A stretch of 64,000 nt of DNA from Tubulanus polymorphus (taxonomy: Eukaryota; Animalia; Nemertea). The translations under genes and the position numbers were made by a program. Positions 1 through 13,781 of this stretch are shown here, piece after piece; position 1 is the stretch's first letter; each line of letters starts with the position of its first letter. Under the pieces are notes generated by a model, which saw nothing but the letters and a program-made list of their open reading frames with translations, ran no database searches and was not told the DNA's origin. The stretch is from contig NC_134029.1 of assembly GCF_964204645.1 (NCBI RefSeq), forward strand, positions 15,990,950 through 16,054,949, read 5' to 3'.

Positions 1-1310
1 CTGAATTTAATTATACATTTTCTACATAGATATATTTTATTATCAAAATCATTTTCTGATTTGAAAAATAAATCAATACGTTTTATCAACATATAATGAT
101 TCTCATAATATAGTATATCTATAACATCATTTGAATCATAATCTTTTGATAAGTATAAAGGTAGGTTCTAATGTATAATGTTTAATATTATTGCCTTTTG
201 TTTTTGGTAATTTGACTAAATAAAACACATTTATCTTTATATTATTATCTCTTTCTATTTTTGGGATATTTTTAATTCTAACTGGATAATTATCTATCTT
301 ATAATTATTTTCAAATTGTTTATAATTTGTTACTCTACAAATGTTATCAGTTGCAAGATGTAAGCAACTAATAATTGTCCATAGAAAGCATTTATCATCA
401 GAATTTTGTACATTTATAACATCATTAGTTTTAAATGGTAATTTGATATAACTTGATCCATTAATATTATTATCTTTATAATATGATAAATTATTTTCAT
501 CAATTAGTTTTGATTTAGTTAACTTATTATATTTTGTGTTATAAACATGTAAAGTCATAAATATTATTTCAACAAATATTAAACCAGATCCTTCAAAATA
601 TTTCTCTTCTATTTTCCTTTTTATTTCATTATAACATTTATCTAATTTATCATCTATATGTTGTTTTGAAATAATATGTTGTGAATGAGAATTTATATTA
701 TATATTGCTTCATCTTCAGATTTTATAAACTTTACTTTAGAAGATATACTAATTTTAAGGTATTCAACATCTGTAATTATTTTTACAATATTTTTCATAT
801 TTTCTAAATGTTTTTTATTTTCTTCTAATGTTTTTCCTTTATGAAATTTAAACTCAATAGCAGCTGGACCAATATCACTTTTAAATGCTTCAGTTATCTC
901 TATTTCTTCTTTATTATCTAATGAATTAATATAATTTCTTACATCTTCAATGTATGGCCTTTTATTGTTTAATTTATTTTTTATTCTTTTAATTGTCTTC
1001 TGTTTCTTATCATTATCTTTATCAAAATAATCCTCACCTAAAATATTATTATTCATATTTCTAATATGACTTTTAGATTTTAAATGTTCTTTATAATATC
1101 TTTTATCACTGAATGATTGATTACATGTATCACATTTGTATGTTTCTTTTTCATTCTTTAATTCATCTAATTTAGTTTCAAATATATTATCTTTATATTT
1201 TAACTTTAATTTATTTTCTAAGTGAGATTTAGTTTTATTATGTCTTGCTTTTTGAGATTTATCTATATTGATTTTACATGTTTGACAGTAGTCTTCTTAT
1301 TTGGTTCTAT
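1..1310 (-). pseudogene. polB: Protein-primed DNA polymerase B N-terminal region (two C2H2 fingers, then vOTU-like region), frameshifted near 150
   Basis: ORF 136-1056 is nearly identical to 9430-11031. Upstream in-frame DYCQTCKINIDKSQKARHNKTKSH and YKCDTCNQSFSDKRYYKEHLKSKSH; NSDDKCFLW...HYM motif. Confidence 0.85.
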
Positions 1311-1373
1311 TTTGATAAATTTTTTATTAAAATTGATTTTAAAATAATACGTATTAGATACGTATTAGGTGAG

Positions 1374-1739
1374 TGTCTTTATTGTCTTTATTAGTTTTAG
1401 TACTTTTAGTACATAAAGAATATATCTTTATTTTATTAGTACTTAGAACATTAAATATGGAAATATTTTTATATATGATAAATCTATGATATTTATCATT
1501 ATTGAAACAGTGATATATAATAAATATGTGTGATAAATAAATTTTATTATTGGAACAGTAATATAAAATAAATATGTGTGATAAATAAATATAATTATTG
1601 AAACAGTAATATATATATTTATGTCTTTATCTCTTTAGTTGTTTAGTAGTTTTTAAAATAATTTTATTCACTACTTATAATATAAAGATTTATTCTTTAT
1701 GTACTAAAAGTACTAAAAGTACTAAAGACAATAAAGACA
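1374..1739. repeat. Imperfect ~65-bp inverted repeat enclosing three ~50-bp tandem units
   Basis: tgtctttattgtcttta...tagtacttttagtacataaagaat at 1374-1441 versus attctttatgtactaaaagtacta...taaagacaataaagaca at 1670-1739; gaaacagt(g/a)atata...tgtgtgataaata repeated at 1500-1615. Confidence 0.7.
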
Positions 1740-2213
1740 TAAGGGGTATTATATTCATGTTTTAAATTACTTTTTTGATTCTAATTCTAAAAACAATTTG
1801 AGCCGTGCATCTTTTAATTCTTGTGATTTTCTATTACCTTCAAATTCACCTAATAGTTTAGTATGTTAACCATCAACAGCATTCGAATTCTTAGCATACA
1901 ATTCATAAGTTAAATAAATATATTGGTTTAATTTGTCTTCACTTATATTTTTATATTTATTTTTTGCATCATTTATTATTTCATTTATAACATCCTGTGA
2001 AAAAATATTCATAACTGTAATATTGAATTATTTCATCAAAGTTATCACTTTTATTATCATAATTATCATTAGCAGCAACTTTTTTCAATTCTGTTAAAAA
2101 ATCTGTATTTTTAAATTTTATGAAATAATGTATACCTGAATAATCCCCTGGAAATATTTTTATATCTGTCCAATTAGTTTCTATATCTGATAATACTCGT
2201 TTTGGATTATTTC

Positions 2214-2881
2214 TTACATAATCGATAAAAATTGATCTATATAATTTCCTGTGATTATTATTTTCGACATCAAAAATACGCTTAATACTCTATAAAGGCG
2301 TTTTGAATCAATAGCTTTTATTGTATGTTCAATAGAATTATCATGTTTAATTTTATCTTTAGGTAATCCTACAACATTACACTTTTCACATATATTTCTT
2401 TCTACATTATCCAAATGAATTTGAGTTAATTAATGCTTTGAAAAATTACTACGACTTATATATTTATCACATTCTTCACAATATTTATCTTCTTTAACAT
2501 TATCATTATCAATTTCACTATCATTATTAAATTCATTTATAGTCTTATTCTTATTTTTCTTATGCTTGAGTGAATTAAGATGAGTTGCCCAATTCTTATA
2601 ACTTTTATACTGTTTACATACGTCACAATATTTTTCATTTGTCTTTTTGGTTTTGATATCAGGTTCAATATTATTATCTATTTTAGATTCAATATTATCT
2701 TCTATTTTAGGTTCAATATTATCTTCTATTTTTGTTTCAATATTATTATCTAGTTTACTTATTCTATATTTGAATTGAAGTTTTCTCCAAAATACTCACT
2801 GTATTCATCATAAGGTATTATATAATATATATCTGGCATCATTTCACTTGGACTTTGTATTTCATATATTCCTCCTTCCAT
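2214..2881 (-). pseudogene. Degraded small zinc-finger-like Polinton ORFs downstream of MCP
   Basis: Start MEGG... at ~2881 matches the start of 29169-30011; CEKC...KHDNSIEH and CDVC...HLNSLKH motifs; contains stops. Confidence 0.5.
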
Positions 2882-2895
2882 TTATTATAAAAAGT

Positions 2896-5584
2896 TTTAT
2901 TAGGGTTTTCTGTTACATCACAGAAAACCCTATTGAGATTCGCGTGTTTCTTCTTATTATTATTTTATGTCACACTATTTTCACTAAAACAACTAAGGCT
3001 TTGTTACCTTGCCGCTGTTGTCGATACTATCCGTATGATATCGTTCAGCTCACTGAGATCTACAAATACTCCGCGTGTTTTTTCACGAATCATCGTTACA
3101 AAAGCACTGTCGGACCGTAAACATCGAAAATCTAGCCCCATTCAATGGGGCGACATGTTTTTCGAGTCGTCATCCCGAAATCAACCCGCAGGCCGATTGT
3201 CACTTCGATTATGAATTCAAGTATAAATGAACTAATTTATTGCCGTAAACTTCACATTCAGCCGCGGTCTTCAAACAGTAATTTTAACAATAGCCCATTT
3301 TCCTCATCAAATCATATTACCGATACACTGGAAATTTACTACTTTAGATTTTAAAAGCACCTTCGAGCCGTAAACATCGACGAATCGACGTGTGTCACTA
3401 CATCGTCGTTCCGGGGATCAGCTGCGAGTTTCTCCTCATCATGAGAATCAAATCAAATCGAGTACAAATTAATTTATTACTACCAGTGATTTGGCTGCGG
3501 GTTTCAAGGAGTTAGTTTAACAATACCTATTTTTCTTTACCAAATTAACCATGTATATACTAAGATAAATCTTTAGTGTACTGGGGAGTCGTAGGCCTAA
3601 ACTAAACACGCCGAAGAGATATAGCGGAGAAAAGCTGTTATGTCGACGAGGTATCAAAATAAAAGAATATATTACTTTATTCGGCCGCGGGCTTCAACCT
3701 CTATATTAATACCATCAATACTCTATATTTCCTATAGTACATACTGATCATTGTCAAATGCACAATGTTTTTACTAAATACAAGTATATAACACACTCCT
3801 ATCCGTATGCTGGACTCACACTTGACATTCGGAGTAAGCGTTCGCTGTGGGGGAAAGGAGATCGTTCGCTGTGTCGCTTGAAGTGTTTATCGAGTTTTCC
3901 GCGACCTTAAGGCTTTAGGCCTACCGGTACTGACCTTTACTGTCTCAAACAAACACAGTATAAATGTTGCGGTTATTGACGGACTCATTGGATTGAACTT
4001 CAAAACAAAATTTACGATATTTAGGAGGGTTGTTATTCAATAGGCCTACGACAAACCTGTCCGGATGTTAGGCCTGCGCATATACATAGGCCTACGTAGG
4101 CTAGTAGCCTCTACTAGGTTAAAGCTAAATTCACTGTAAAGGAGGAATCAGATTTATTAAAATGCATGTTAATTAGTGATTAACTGGTTCTGACTTGCAA
4201 CGATCAATCACAATTATCTATTTTATTGGCAAAAATGAAGATTTCTTTTTGAAAAATTCGTCTGAGCAGACAGCTTTATAAGCCAGACTTTTCATTTGAG
4301 TTTTTTCATCATAAATGAAACTGGTATTTCATTAATTCCTAATGAGTTAAGGCGGGCGTAGGTTGGCTTTGCGACGGTTTGTAACTCACTGCGACGCCAT
4401 TCACTGCGACCGCCAGCGACGATTGTGTCGCAACGACTCATCGACCTAAGCTCCCTTGCGACGGGTTGCGACTGTCAGCAACGCCAGTCACAAGGAGTCG
4501 CACGTGTTCTTATTTTAGTGACGCGACACGACTGACACAACTGACCTATGCGCTCTTGCCACTTGGCAGAAACTAGTCGCACACAATCGTATCGCAACCG
4601 ACTTGCACCGAAACTTGCGATGCAACGCGAGGATTGCATCGCGTCACAAGGCCGACCTACGTCCGGCTTTAAGTTACTGCGGAGCCCCAGAAATATCTTT
4701 TTATTCGTTCAAAAGACCTTTCGCTTGAAAATTCTTTCGTCGGAACAAAATTTATTTCGTTCCAAGCAAGCAATAATATTCTTTTCGATTGAACCAATTT
4801 GAAAAATCGTTAGAACAAAGTTGAACAAACTTTTCTTTATCCAAACGAAAGGTTTTTCGTTCGAAAAATCGTTCGATAGAACAGAATCGTTTTAATTTGA
4901 ACAGAATTTTCTTGTCAGAGCACTAAGTTTTTCGTTCGAACAAGTATATTGTAAAAAGTTTTTTCTCCGAACCAAAAGTATTAAGTATTTCGTTCAATCG
5001 AACAGAATTGTTTTCATTCAAACATTTGTTCGAAAAAATTGTTTTCGCTCAACCAAATTTTTTGCCGCGACAACAAGTTTTCATTTCAACAATAACATAG
5101 CTTTTCATTCGAACACATTTTTTTGTCAGAATGAAGAAAGGTTTGGTTCAAACAAAAAGCGTATTGATCAACCAAACTAAATTGTTTCCACTTGAACAAG
5201 ATTTTCTTGTCGGAACATTAAGTTTTTTGGTCGAACTGCGTGTTAAGTTCGTTTTGGACATTTACTCGGTCTGGTATATTTTGGATTCCTGTGTATGTCA
5301 TTTGTCAGGACATTAAACAGAAGACGACTTAGGATACTACCAAACGTGGCTCCACTTGTTAGACCGACTTATTCCAAGAAGAGGCGTTCCGTTGATTTTG
5401 GCTACAAGTTATCGTTCAGAGATAACTGCTGAGCCATTTTGGCGACCTATCATTGATACTGTTTCCTAATAGCCTGTTTAGTTAGTAATGGCTGATGTTG
5501 TGCCTAATCAATTGTCGAAATCCACCGTTGAACAGGATTCTAAGACTGTGCAGAAAACCCGTTATCGCTGCTTTGCAGCTATAC
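2896..5584 (+). mobile_element. Non-autonomous Helentron-like element (HINE family A), complete
   Basis: 5' stem-loop tagggttttctg-N8-cagaaaacccta (2901-2932) then (att)n; 3' subterminal IR cagaaaaccc (5551-5560) plus hairpin gctgc-ttt-gcagc; T-rich target without TSD; flanks rejoin as in the uninterrupted copy B at 29130-29175; further copies at 45-63 kb. Confidence 0.8.
4350..4668. mobile_element. MITE, probably PIF/Harbinger, nested in HINE A
   Basis: ~28-bp imperfect TIRs (aggcgggcgtaggttggctttgcgacg / cgtcacaaggccgacctacgtccggct) with TTA on both sides; truncated second copy at 58563-58810. Confidence 0.65.
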
Positions 5585-5598
5585 TTAAAATTAAAATT

Positions 5599-6703
5599 TT
5601 AATACATAACACTATTTAATTGAGAATTTACAATATTTAATTGCGCGTCAGATATAATATAAATGTGCATTTTGAAATTTAAGCTTCCTTTTTTCTTTGT
5701 CATGAATAATTGTATTTCATCTCTAGTGTTCTGTATTTTTTTCCCAGAACCATGTAATGAATTATCCTCTGTTGTTCTAAAATCTAACCATAGTGCATAT
5801 TTATTACCGGTATAATAATCAATTTGATTGATATTACAATTTTCAGATGATTTTACTTTTTCATTCATAAAATGTTTTCTAATTTCTGGCCATTGATCCA
5901 TCATTCTCATTCCTTGACAAAATATCTTATCTGCTATTGCTTCGATAGTCATTTCTACTTTTGTTATTTCAGGATTATAATAATGATCAACCTGTATTGC
6001 GCCATTAGAATATGTTGCAATGGTAAAAAATATTAATATACCTTTAATAGATCTTCTTGGGAAGTTAATATTCTCATTAATAATTTCATCACTTGCATTA
6101 ATAGTTACAGTTTTAAATTTATCAATATAATCATATAATAATGAAAATCCTTGATTGTATTGAGTTTGAATTGCATATTTATATAAAGGTGCATTATTAT
6201 TTATCAATTCAAAATCTAATGGAATTTGATATTTGCTTCCATAAATCTTTTTTATCAAATCATTTGCGGTACGAGTTACCATTGCGTCATTAGCTCCTGA
6301 TCTTAATTTATTTTGGTTTTCTGATTGGATGCCTTGAAATATCATATTATTTCTATTTTCTTTAGTTAACCATAAATCTTTATAATGGATAAATAAATTA
6401 TAATCATCTAATGAGAAAACTGTTTCTGGTCCAATCTTTATAGTTAATTTTTTAATCAAATATCTTCCAACATTACCAACAACATAATTATTATTATTAC
6501 CAGTTACTTTTATATCAGCTGATAAATAAATACTATTTGGAACATAAAAAAGTATTTTGTGATAATCAAGGGATTCTAACATATAAAGTTTCATCAGGGT
6601 TAATATTAGAAGGGTTATGAGTAATTATATGATGAGATCTTTCTGCTTTAATAGCATTAGATATTCTAGAATTCTTAGAAGGATTTATATAACTCCCACT
6701 CAT
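5599..6703 (-). pseudogene. Putative double jelly-roll major capsid protein, copy A (frameshift ~6550, 48-aa internal deletion)
   Basis: Homologous to 27877-29119; size and position beside PolB, ATPase and integrase; resembles capsid proteins of invertebrate polinton-like elements. Fold is inferred. Confidence 0.7.
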
Positions 6704-6722
6704 TTATTTAACAAAACATTAA

Positions 6723-8179
6723 TTATCTATTTTTTGTCATATTCACTAACCCAAAAATAATAGCACTTACAACTGTAATTAAAAATAAAATAATATGTTC
6801 AGCTGCAAAGTAAAGAATATTCCCAGCAGATTTCAATATAAAACAGACAATTGATGCAATAACTCCGGGTAAAGCTGCAGCAGGTTTTTTAGATAGTTCC
6901 CATAGATATCTTGCCATTTTTTTAAAACCATCTTTAACTTTGTCTTGTATAGAATTATTATCATTTGGGGGTTTATCAGGTTTATTGGGAGTAGGAGTAG
7001 ATTTCAGTGAATTTGATATAGCTTAACCAATTGTTGTAAATAACATAGTTACAGCTGTTAGAATTGAAAGAATTGTTATTCCTTCTAATTTAAATAATAA
7101 TTTTATTCTATCTTTTAATGATATTTCAGAATTTGGTTTTATCAACAAATCTTTAAAAATAACTTTCAATCTATTAATATTATAATCATATGATTTTAAT
7201 AATAATTTGATTTCTTCTTTCTGAAATTCTATGTTATATTCTAAATCCTATTTTTCTTTTTCTAAATATGCATTTCTTTTTTTAAATTCAATTTCTTCAA
7301 TAACTTTATTATCTCTATTTAATTTTAATTGTTCTATTTCTTTAATGTTATCAGTTCTATCTTTTTCCAAAGTTCTAATTTTAAAATCTCTTATACTTTT
7401 ATCATGCGCAATTTTATCAGATGCAAGTCTTATACTAATAATTTCTCTAATTGCTTTATCAGAAAATATATCTAAATCTTCTAATTCTTGATCTGTTGCA
7501 TCAAGTAATCCATTCGGTAAAAGTTTTTCAATTGGTACTTCATTTGATTTAAGTTTACTAGTTTTGGAAATTATATTCTGTTCAGAAGTTCTTTCTGGTT
7601 CTAAATTATCATTGATTGTTTCAAATAATTCATTAATTCTTTGTTTAAATACTCTTTTATTTTGATTTATTTCTTCTTGTGTAACATTTTCAATTTCATT
7701 ACTATTATTACTTATTCTTTTAATTCTAGATGGTTCTAAATTACTCAAAGTTGATTCAACAAATATTTTGTTTTGATTTTTATAAGTGATATTAATATAA
7801 TAATCATCTTTCAAATGATAATAATATTCACCATCTAAAGATTTTTATTCTGTAACTAAAAGTCTGGCGCCTCTATCATTTATATTATACCCAGATCTTT
7901 CAAATATAGGTTTGAATTCATAAATATATTCATTATATTCTAATCTTTTTTTTTTACTAATTCTGGATTTTCATTTTCAGGATTTATTCTCGAATTAGTT
8001 CTTCTATCAAATTCATCTGTTGATGGGCCTTTAGAACCACTATCTGCTAAATTAGAACTATACGCTGTTTCATCATAATTATCAATATTAGTTTCAGCAT
8101 TATTATAATCATCATCATTATAATCATCATTATTATTTCCCATGTCTTTCATTTCATAATCTCCTCCACCTTTTGCCAT
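6723..8179 (-). pseudogene. Acidic N-terminus / coiled-coil / C-terminal transmembrane viral protein, copy A (fragments 7940-8179, 7248-7814, 6723-6917)
   Basis: Collinear with 26403-27856; hydrophobic C-terminal helices. Confidence 0.7.
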
Positions 8180-8195
8180 TTACATAATAAAAAAA

Positions 8196-9395
8196 TTAAA
8201 ATTTAAAATATAATATTCCTCCGATTACAATACCTATACAAGTTATAGCTAATTTAGCATTTTCATGGGATTTATTATCATTATCAGTTTTAGATATGTC
8301 ATGTTGAATATTATCAGTTTTTATATCACCGTGTGGGTGCCGTACGGCAACATTTTCTGTAGTATTGTAATCTTTTATTTTAGAATCATTATTTAATTAA
8401 TATTCTTAGTTTTAGTTTCTGTTGATTGAATATGTTTTTTAATTTTTTCACCTTCCATTAATTTTGGAGCAGTAATAATCTTTTTATTTATATAATTTAA
8501 TGCAAATGAATTATTTATTGTTGCAGTTTTAATTAGATTATTATAACCAATTATATTTCCCATTTTTAATAATAAATCATCAGAAATAATTAATAAATTA
8601 GGGCCTATACAATAATTTAATCTAATATGTGATTTATCTAGATAATTTTGGTACCTAACTATGTTTTCTGGAATCAATCTATTTTTATCATTATGAATTG
8701 AATCTTCAAATAATACTTTGAATTGTTTCTGTGTATCAAATGAAGTGTTATCATTTCCAATTATTGGTGATCTTGTTTCAACTTGCGCACCTAAAATACA
8801 AATTAAATGAGTTCTAATATATTGATTTATTCTTTGTATGCCTGATTTTGTGAAACCTTCACTATTTTCTAAAATGAAATTAATCCAACCATTATTATTA
8901 TCAATTTTATAATTATGATAAGCTCCAATTCTATGCATATTATCAATTCTTTTTATTTCATACTGTTCATCAATACCTTGCAATTTACCATGCGCTCTAA
9001 AATCGGAATTAATATTTATATTAAATTCATTACATATTTTATAAAACTTAGATAGATTAATATTGTTGTCCAATTCTTTAAAATATTTAGATCCGGGCAA
9101 AGGACATTCTAAATCATTTAATATTATTCTGATTTGAAAATATATGTGAAATCTAAATATTGTGTGAATTAATTTTAAATCAGAATAATTCAAATTTTTA
9201 TCTAAGTTATTTAAATGATCATTCCAACAACAACCAGTTGTTGCACAATAAACAGCAAAATTTAATTGATTCTGCAAATATTTCATATTAGATTTTACTT
9301 TATATATATGATATTCATCTCGAGTAATAGTAACTTCATATGTATTAAATATATTTTCCATTTTAGAAATAAAAAACTGTGTTTCAGTAACAAAA
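8196..9395 (-). pseudogene. Conserved hypothetical Polinton protein (QNQLNFAVYCATTGC motif, C-terminal TM), 5'-truncated
   Basis: ORF 8393-9400 homologous to 25046-26386; truncated at the junction with copy B. Confidence 0.7.
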
Positions 9396-12123
9396 AACAT
9401 TAGAAGAAAATAAAAATTATGTAGAAAATATGAAAAATATTATAAAAATAATAACTGATGTTGAATACCCTAAAATTAGTATATCTTCTAAAGTTAAATT
9501 TATAAAATCTGAAGATAAACCAATATATAATATAAATTCTCATTCACAACATATTATATCTAAACAACATATAGATGATAAATTAGATAAATGTTATAAT
9601 GAAATAAAAACTAAAATAGAAGAGAAATATTTTGAAGGATCAGGTTTAATATTTGATGAAATAATATTTATGACTTTACATGTCTATAACACAAAATATA
9701 ATAAGTTAACTAAATCAAAACCAATAGATGAAAATAATGTATCATATTATAAAGAACCAGATATTGAAGCATCGAAATATATTAAACTACCATTTAAAAC
9801 TAATGCTGTTATAAATGTACAAAATTCTGATGATAAATGTTTTCTATGGACAATTATAAGTTGCTTACATCCTGCAACTGATGATATTTGTAGATTAACT
9901 CATTATAAACCATTTGAAAATAATTATAAGATAGATAAGTATCCTGTTAGAATTAAAAATATCCCAAAAATAGAAAGAGATAATAATTTAAGAATAAATG
10001 TATTTGATTTAATCAAATTACCAAAAACAAAAGGCAACAATATAAAACATTATACATTAGAACCTTTATACCTATCAAAATATTATGATTCAAATGATGT
10101 TATAGATATACTATATTATGAAAATCATTATATGTGGATTAAACAAATCGATTTATTTTTTAAATCAGAAAATGATCACCATAAAATATATCTATGTAGA
10201 AAATGTTTACATAGATTCAGTAATGAAAGTACATTATTAAATCATAAACAATTATGTGATAATCATGATTATTGTAAATTAGTTTTACCAAATGAAAAGG
10301 ATAAGATATTAGAATTCAAAAAATATGATTACAAAAATAAAGTACCATTTGTAATATATGGAGATTTTGAATCATTAAAAAAAGAATTAACTGATCAAGA
10401 TAGAAATGAAATATATCATAAAAGAAAGAAATTAAATTCTAATGAAAATGATTTTTCAGATGAACCACCAAAAACAAATACAATTGAAAAGATTCATCAA
10501 TCAGCTGCAGCTTTCGGGTTATATATAAAATCTGATTATCCAGAACTAATTAAAAGTGAATATTATCATTATAGAAATGAAAATGTTATCAATCATTTTT
10601 GTGACTTATTAATTGAATATGAAATAAGACTTAGTAAATTATTGAATACAAATATAGAAATTATAATGACAGAAGAAGATAAAGAAGAATTTGTGTTTGC
10701 AGGTAAATGTTATTATTGTGAAAAGATATTTAATTATAAAGATAAAAAAGTAAGAGACCATGATCATTTGAATGGAAAGTTTAGAGGCGCTGCGCATGAG
10801 AATTGCAATTTACAAGCCAAAAAAGTAAATTTTGTTCCAGTTATATTTCATAATCTATCAGGATATGATGCACATTTATTTATCAAACAGCTATGTCATA
10901 AAATAGAAGAAATTAATAATGAAATAGAAAGATTAAATTCAAATAGATCAAAAGATAAAATACCAACTTACAAATTCAAAATGTTAGCTAGAACATCTGA
11001 GAATTATATATCATTCCAATTTGGGTGTTAAAGATTTATAGATTCATATAGATTGTTAAATAGTTCATTAGATAATTTATCAAAACCATTAGTTGATGAT
11101 GAATTAAAGATATTAAAGCAACATTATTCAAATAATGATGATTTCCAATTAATGAGATATAAAGGAGCGATTCCATATTCTTTCTATAAAAATCATAATG
11201 ATTTTAATAGAACTGAATTATCAAAAGAACAATTTTATGATGAATTAAAAAGTGAATATGTTAAAGATGAAGTATATAATAGAACATTGAATATTTGGAA
11301 TCATTTTGGAATGAAAAATCATGGACAATTAGTAGATTTATATTTAAAATCAGATGTATTATTATTAACTGATATATTCGAAAGGTTTAGAGATGTAAAC
11401 CTAAAATATTTTAATATTGATCCATGTCATTGTTATTCATCACCAGGATTAACTTGGGATTGTGGTTTAAAATTTACAGATATAAAAATGGATTTGTTAA
11501 CAAATATAGATCAATTATTATTATTTGAAAAATCTGTAAGAGGAGGAGTTTCAGGTGTATTAGGGGATAGATATTTCAATGTAAATGATAACCCTGGATA
11601 TAAGTTATTATATATAGATGCAAATAATTTGTATGGTTGGGCAATGATGGAACCACAACCTTATGGAGTATTTGAAATAAGTGAAGTTTTACAACATGAA
11701 AATAATGATAAATTTGATTGGAAGAAAAGAATTCTAGATATTGCAGATGATTCAGAGACTGGTTACTTCTTTGTTGTAGATTTAGAATATCCTAAACATA
11801 TTAAATTTAAATCTAGAAATCTAGCATACTGCCCAGAATATAAAACTGTAACTCATGAAGAATTATCAAATTATCAAAAAAGAATGAAACCCGAAAATCA
11901 TATTCATACAGAAAAGTTAATGGTAACTCAAGAAGATAAATATAATTATGTAGTACATTATAGAATGTTAAAGTTTTATTTGAATCAAGGAATGATGCTT
12001 TAAAAAGTACATAGATATATTTCATTTAGTCAATCTAAATGGTTAGAAAAATATATATATTTTAACAGCAAACAGAGAACTGAAGCTAAAACTGATTTTG
12101 AAAAAGATTTTTTTAAGTTAATG
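9395..12123 (+). pseudogene. polB: Protein-primed DNA polymerase B, 5' part
   Basis: vOTU-like KCFLW...HYMWI; exonuclease I IYGDFES; endonuclease VII/HNH-like CYYC...RDHDHLNGKFRGAAHENCN; exonuclease II FHNLSGYD; exonuclease III YLKSDV; motif A YIDANNLYGWAM; stops at 11029 and 12001. Confidence 0.93.
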
Positions 12124-13716
12124 TGTAGCGGAAAACGGGGGCAACACGGTGCTACCCTCTCTCTTCTAATATGGCGGTCATTCTTCTGCTCATCAATTTG
12201 CTGCTCCAATCGTCATTCATCTAATATGTCAGGAGGTCTTGAAGGTAAAATCTAAAGTCTTCCAAGCCCGCTACGGAGTTCGCTTACGTCGAATGATTTC
12301 TGGTAGTGAAACCAAAAAGGGAAATAATATTTCACCGCAAGAGATGATCCTCATGAGAAACCGAGAGAGATAAATCTATAAAACAGCCACGATTTGAAAA
12401 TTATAGTCTGCTATGTTAAGATCGTGCATACCGAGCACGAATAGCCTATTTTCCGGTATACGGTTATCCTCAGCAACATGTATCTTACATGCCCGTAAGG
12501 CCCACAGCATATAATTGAGTTGGCCACCCCAAATTATACCTGGATCTACCCTACATTCGACCGGTCTATAGAATAATCCCGTAACCCTCACTTCATACTA
12601 ATGGCAGTCCAAAATCCTACCATAGATTCTCCCACCTATGGGCTGTAGGCTCAAAGTCCCTACTAAATAGTCCTCTGCTATTCGTCTCCACCATTTCAAT
12701 CTTGTCAAAAAGCTGATATCATAAATAATTTTTCCTCAGTCCTTATTAAGGTTCTGACCATTCTCAATAGATAAGTCTGAAGCCGCAAAAAAATACTGAA
12801 TCTAATTATTAATTTATTAAAGTCATACTTTCTTATTATAATTCAAAGTGAATAAATATTAGGTTAATTCTACTATATAACTTATTCTTTTCTTTATCGA
12901 ATCTACCGTCTAAGTATCTCGTAAAAGAACAAAAACCTATTACGTAAACGTATTATCATATAATTCGAATCGACAATCAAATCACGCAAATACGGTTCGA
13001 AGAGTAAATTAATGGAAGTTCAGACAAATCCAAGCTGTCAATCACAATCATCGTTGAAAACGATAAAAAGGAGACGGCCGGCCTGACTGACTTATTAATT
13101 ATCAATAGTGAACCGATTACGTGAATGTCGGTCAGCCCGGTCAAAGACCGGAGCTGACCGACGAATCAACTGATGCTTACCAAGTCTGGCTGTCAACTGC
13201 CAAACTGAAATGATGGGAGTCAATACGACCGGTAAAACAGTTAATATCGTTAAATAATGATAATCGGTTGACCCCAGCATCTCAGCATGACAACGGGCAG
13301 CTCAGCCTGGTAACCCCACCCCGCTAGCCCAACAACTGACATGACAACCGACACACCAGCTGATAGCGCCGCCACTCGCGTGCCACGGACACTACCAGCA
13401 TGATTAAAATTTACGGATACTTAGCCGGTTAAAAATACACATTTTAAGTAAGTGATCCCACCCCCTATACAACATATCAATACACAATATCTATATACAG
13501 TATACATCTTAAATTCAACAAAAGTAAATAGAGTAACATCTAACAAACCTATCCCGCCCCCCTCTAAATATTATTCCATTCAATTCAATTCAATACATTT
13601 GAATAAATACATACAATTGCACAGACGCTACAATATCAATACACGAAAATTCTACATATTATTCAATTCAATTCGATTTAATACATTTTAATAAATACGA
13701 TTGCACAAACGCTACA
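12124..13716 (-). repeat. Gypsy 3' LTR
   Basis: Direct repeat of 19620-21213; about 8 differences counted by eye. Confidence 0.96.
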
Positions 13717-13731
13717 CTACCCCCCCCCTCC
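13717..13731 (-). promoter_or_regulatory. Polypurine tract
   Basis: G-rich purine run (gga-poly(G)-tag) on the minus strand, abutting the 3' LTR. Confidence 0.9.
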
Positions 13732-13781
13732 AGATCTGGACGTCCTCGTCCAGAAAATAACTATATTACATAACAATTTAA

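Larger units (their letters stand above)
1..9395 (-). mobile_element. Polinton/adintovirus-like endogenous virus, copy A (degraded, runs off the window start)
   Basis: Minus-strand homologues of copy B genes (PolB N-terminus, MCP, coiled-coil/TM protein, conserved hypothetical); very AT-rich; split by a HINE at 2896-5584. Confidence 0.9.

Noticed and set aside
2848-5316. Short ORFs in HINE A (also 46085-46397, 58085-58922, 60016-61060)
   Set aside because: Frames are not preserved among copies and there are no Rep/helicase motifs.
12376-13691. Small ORFs duplicated at 19872-21188
   Set aside because: They lie within the LTRs; identity reflects LTR duplication, not selection.
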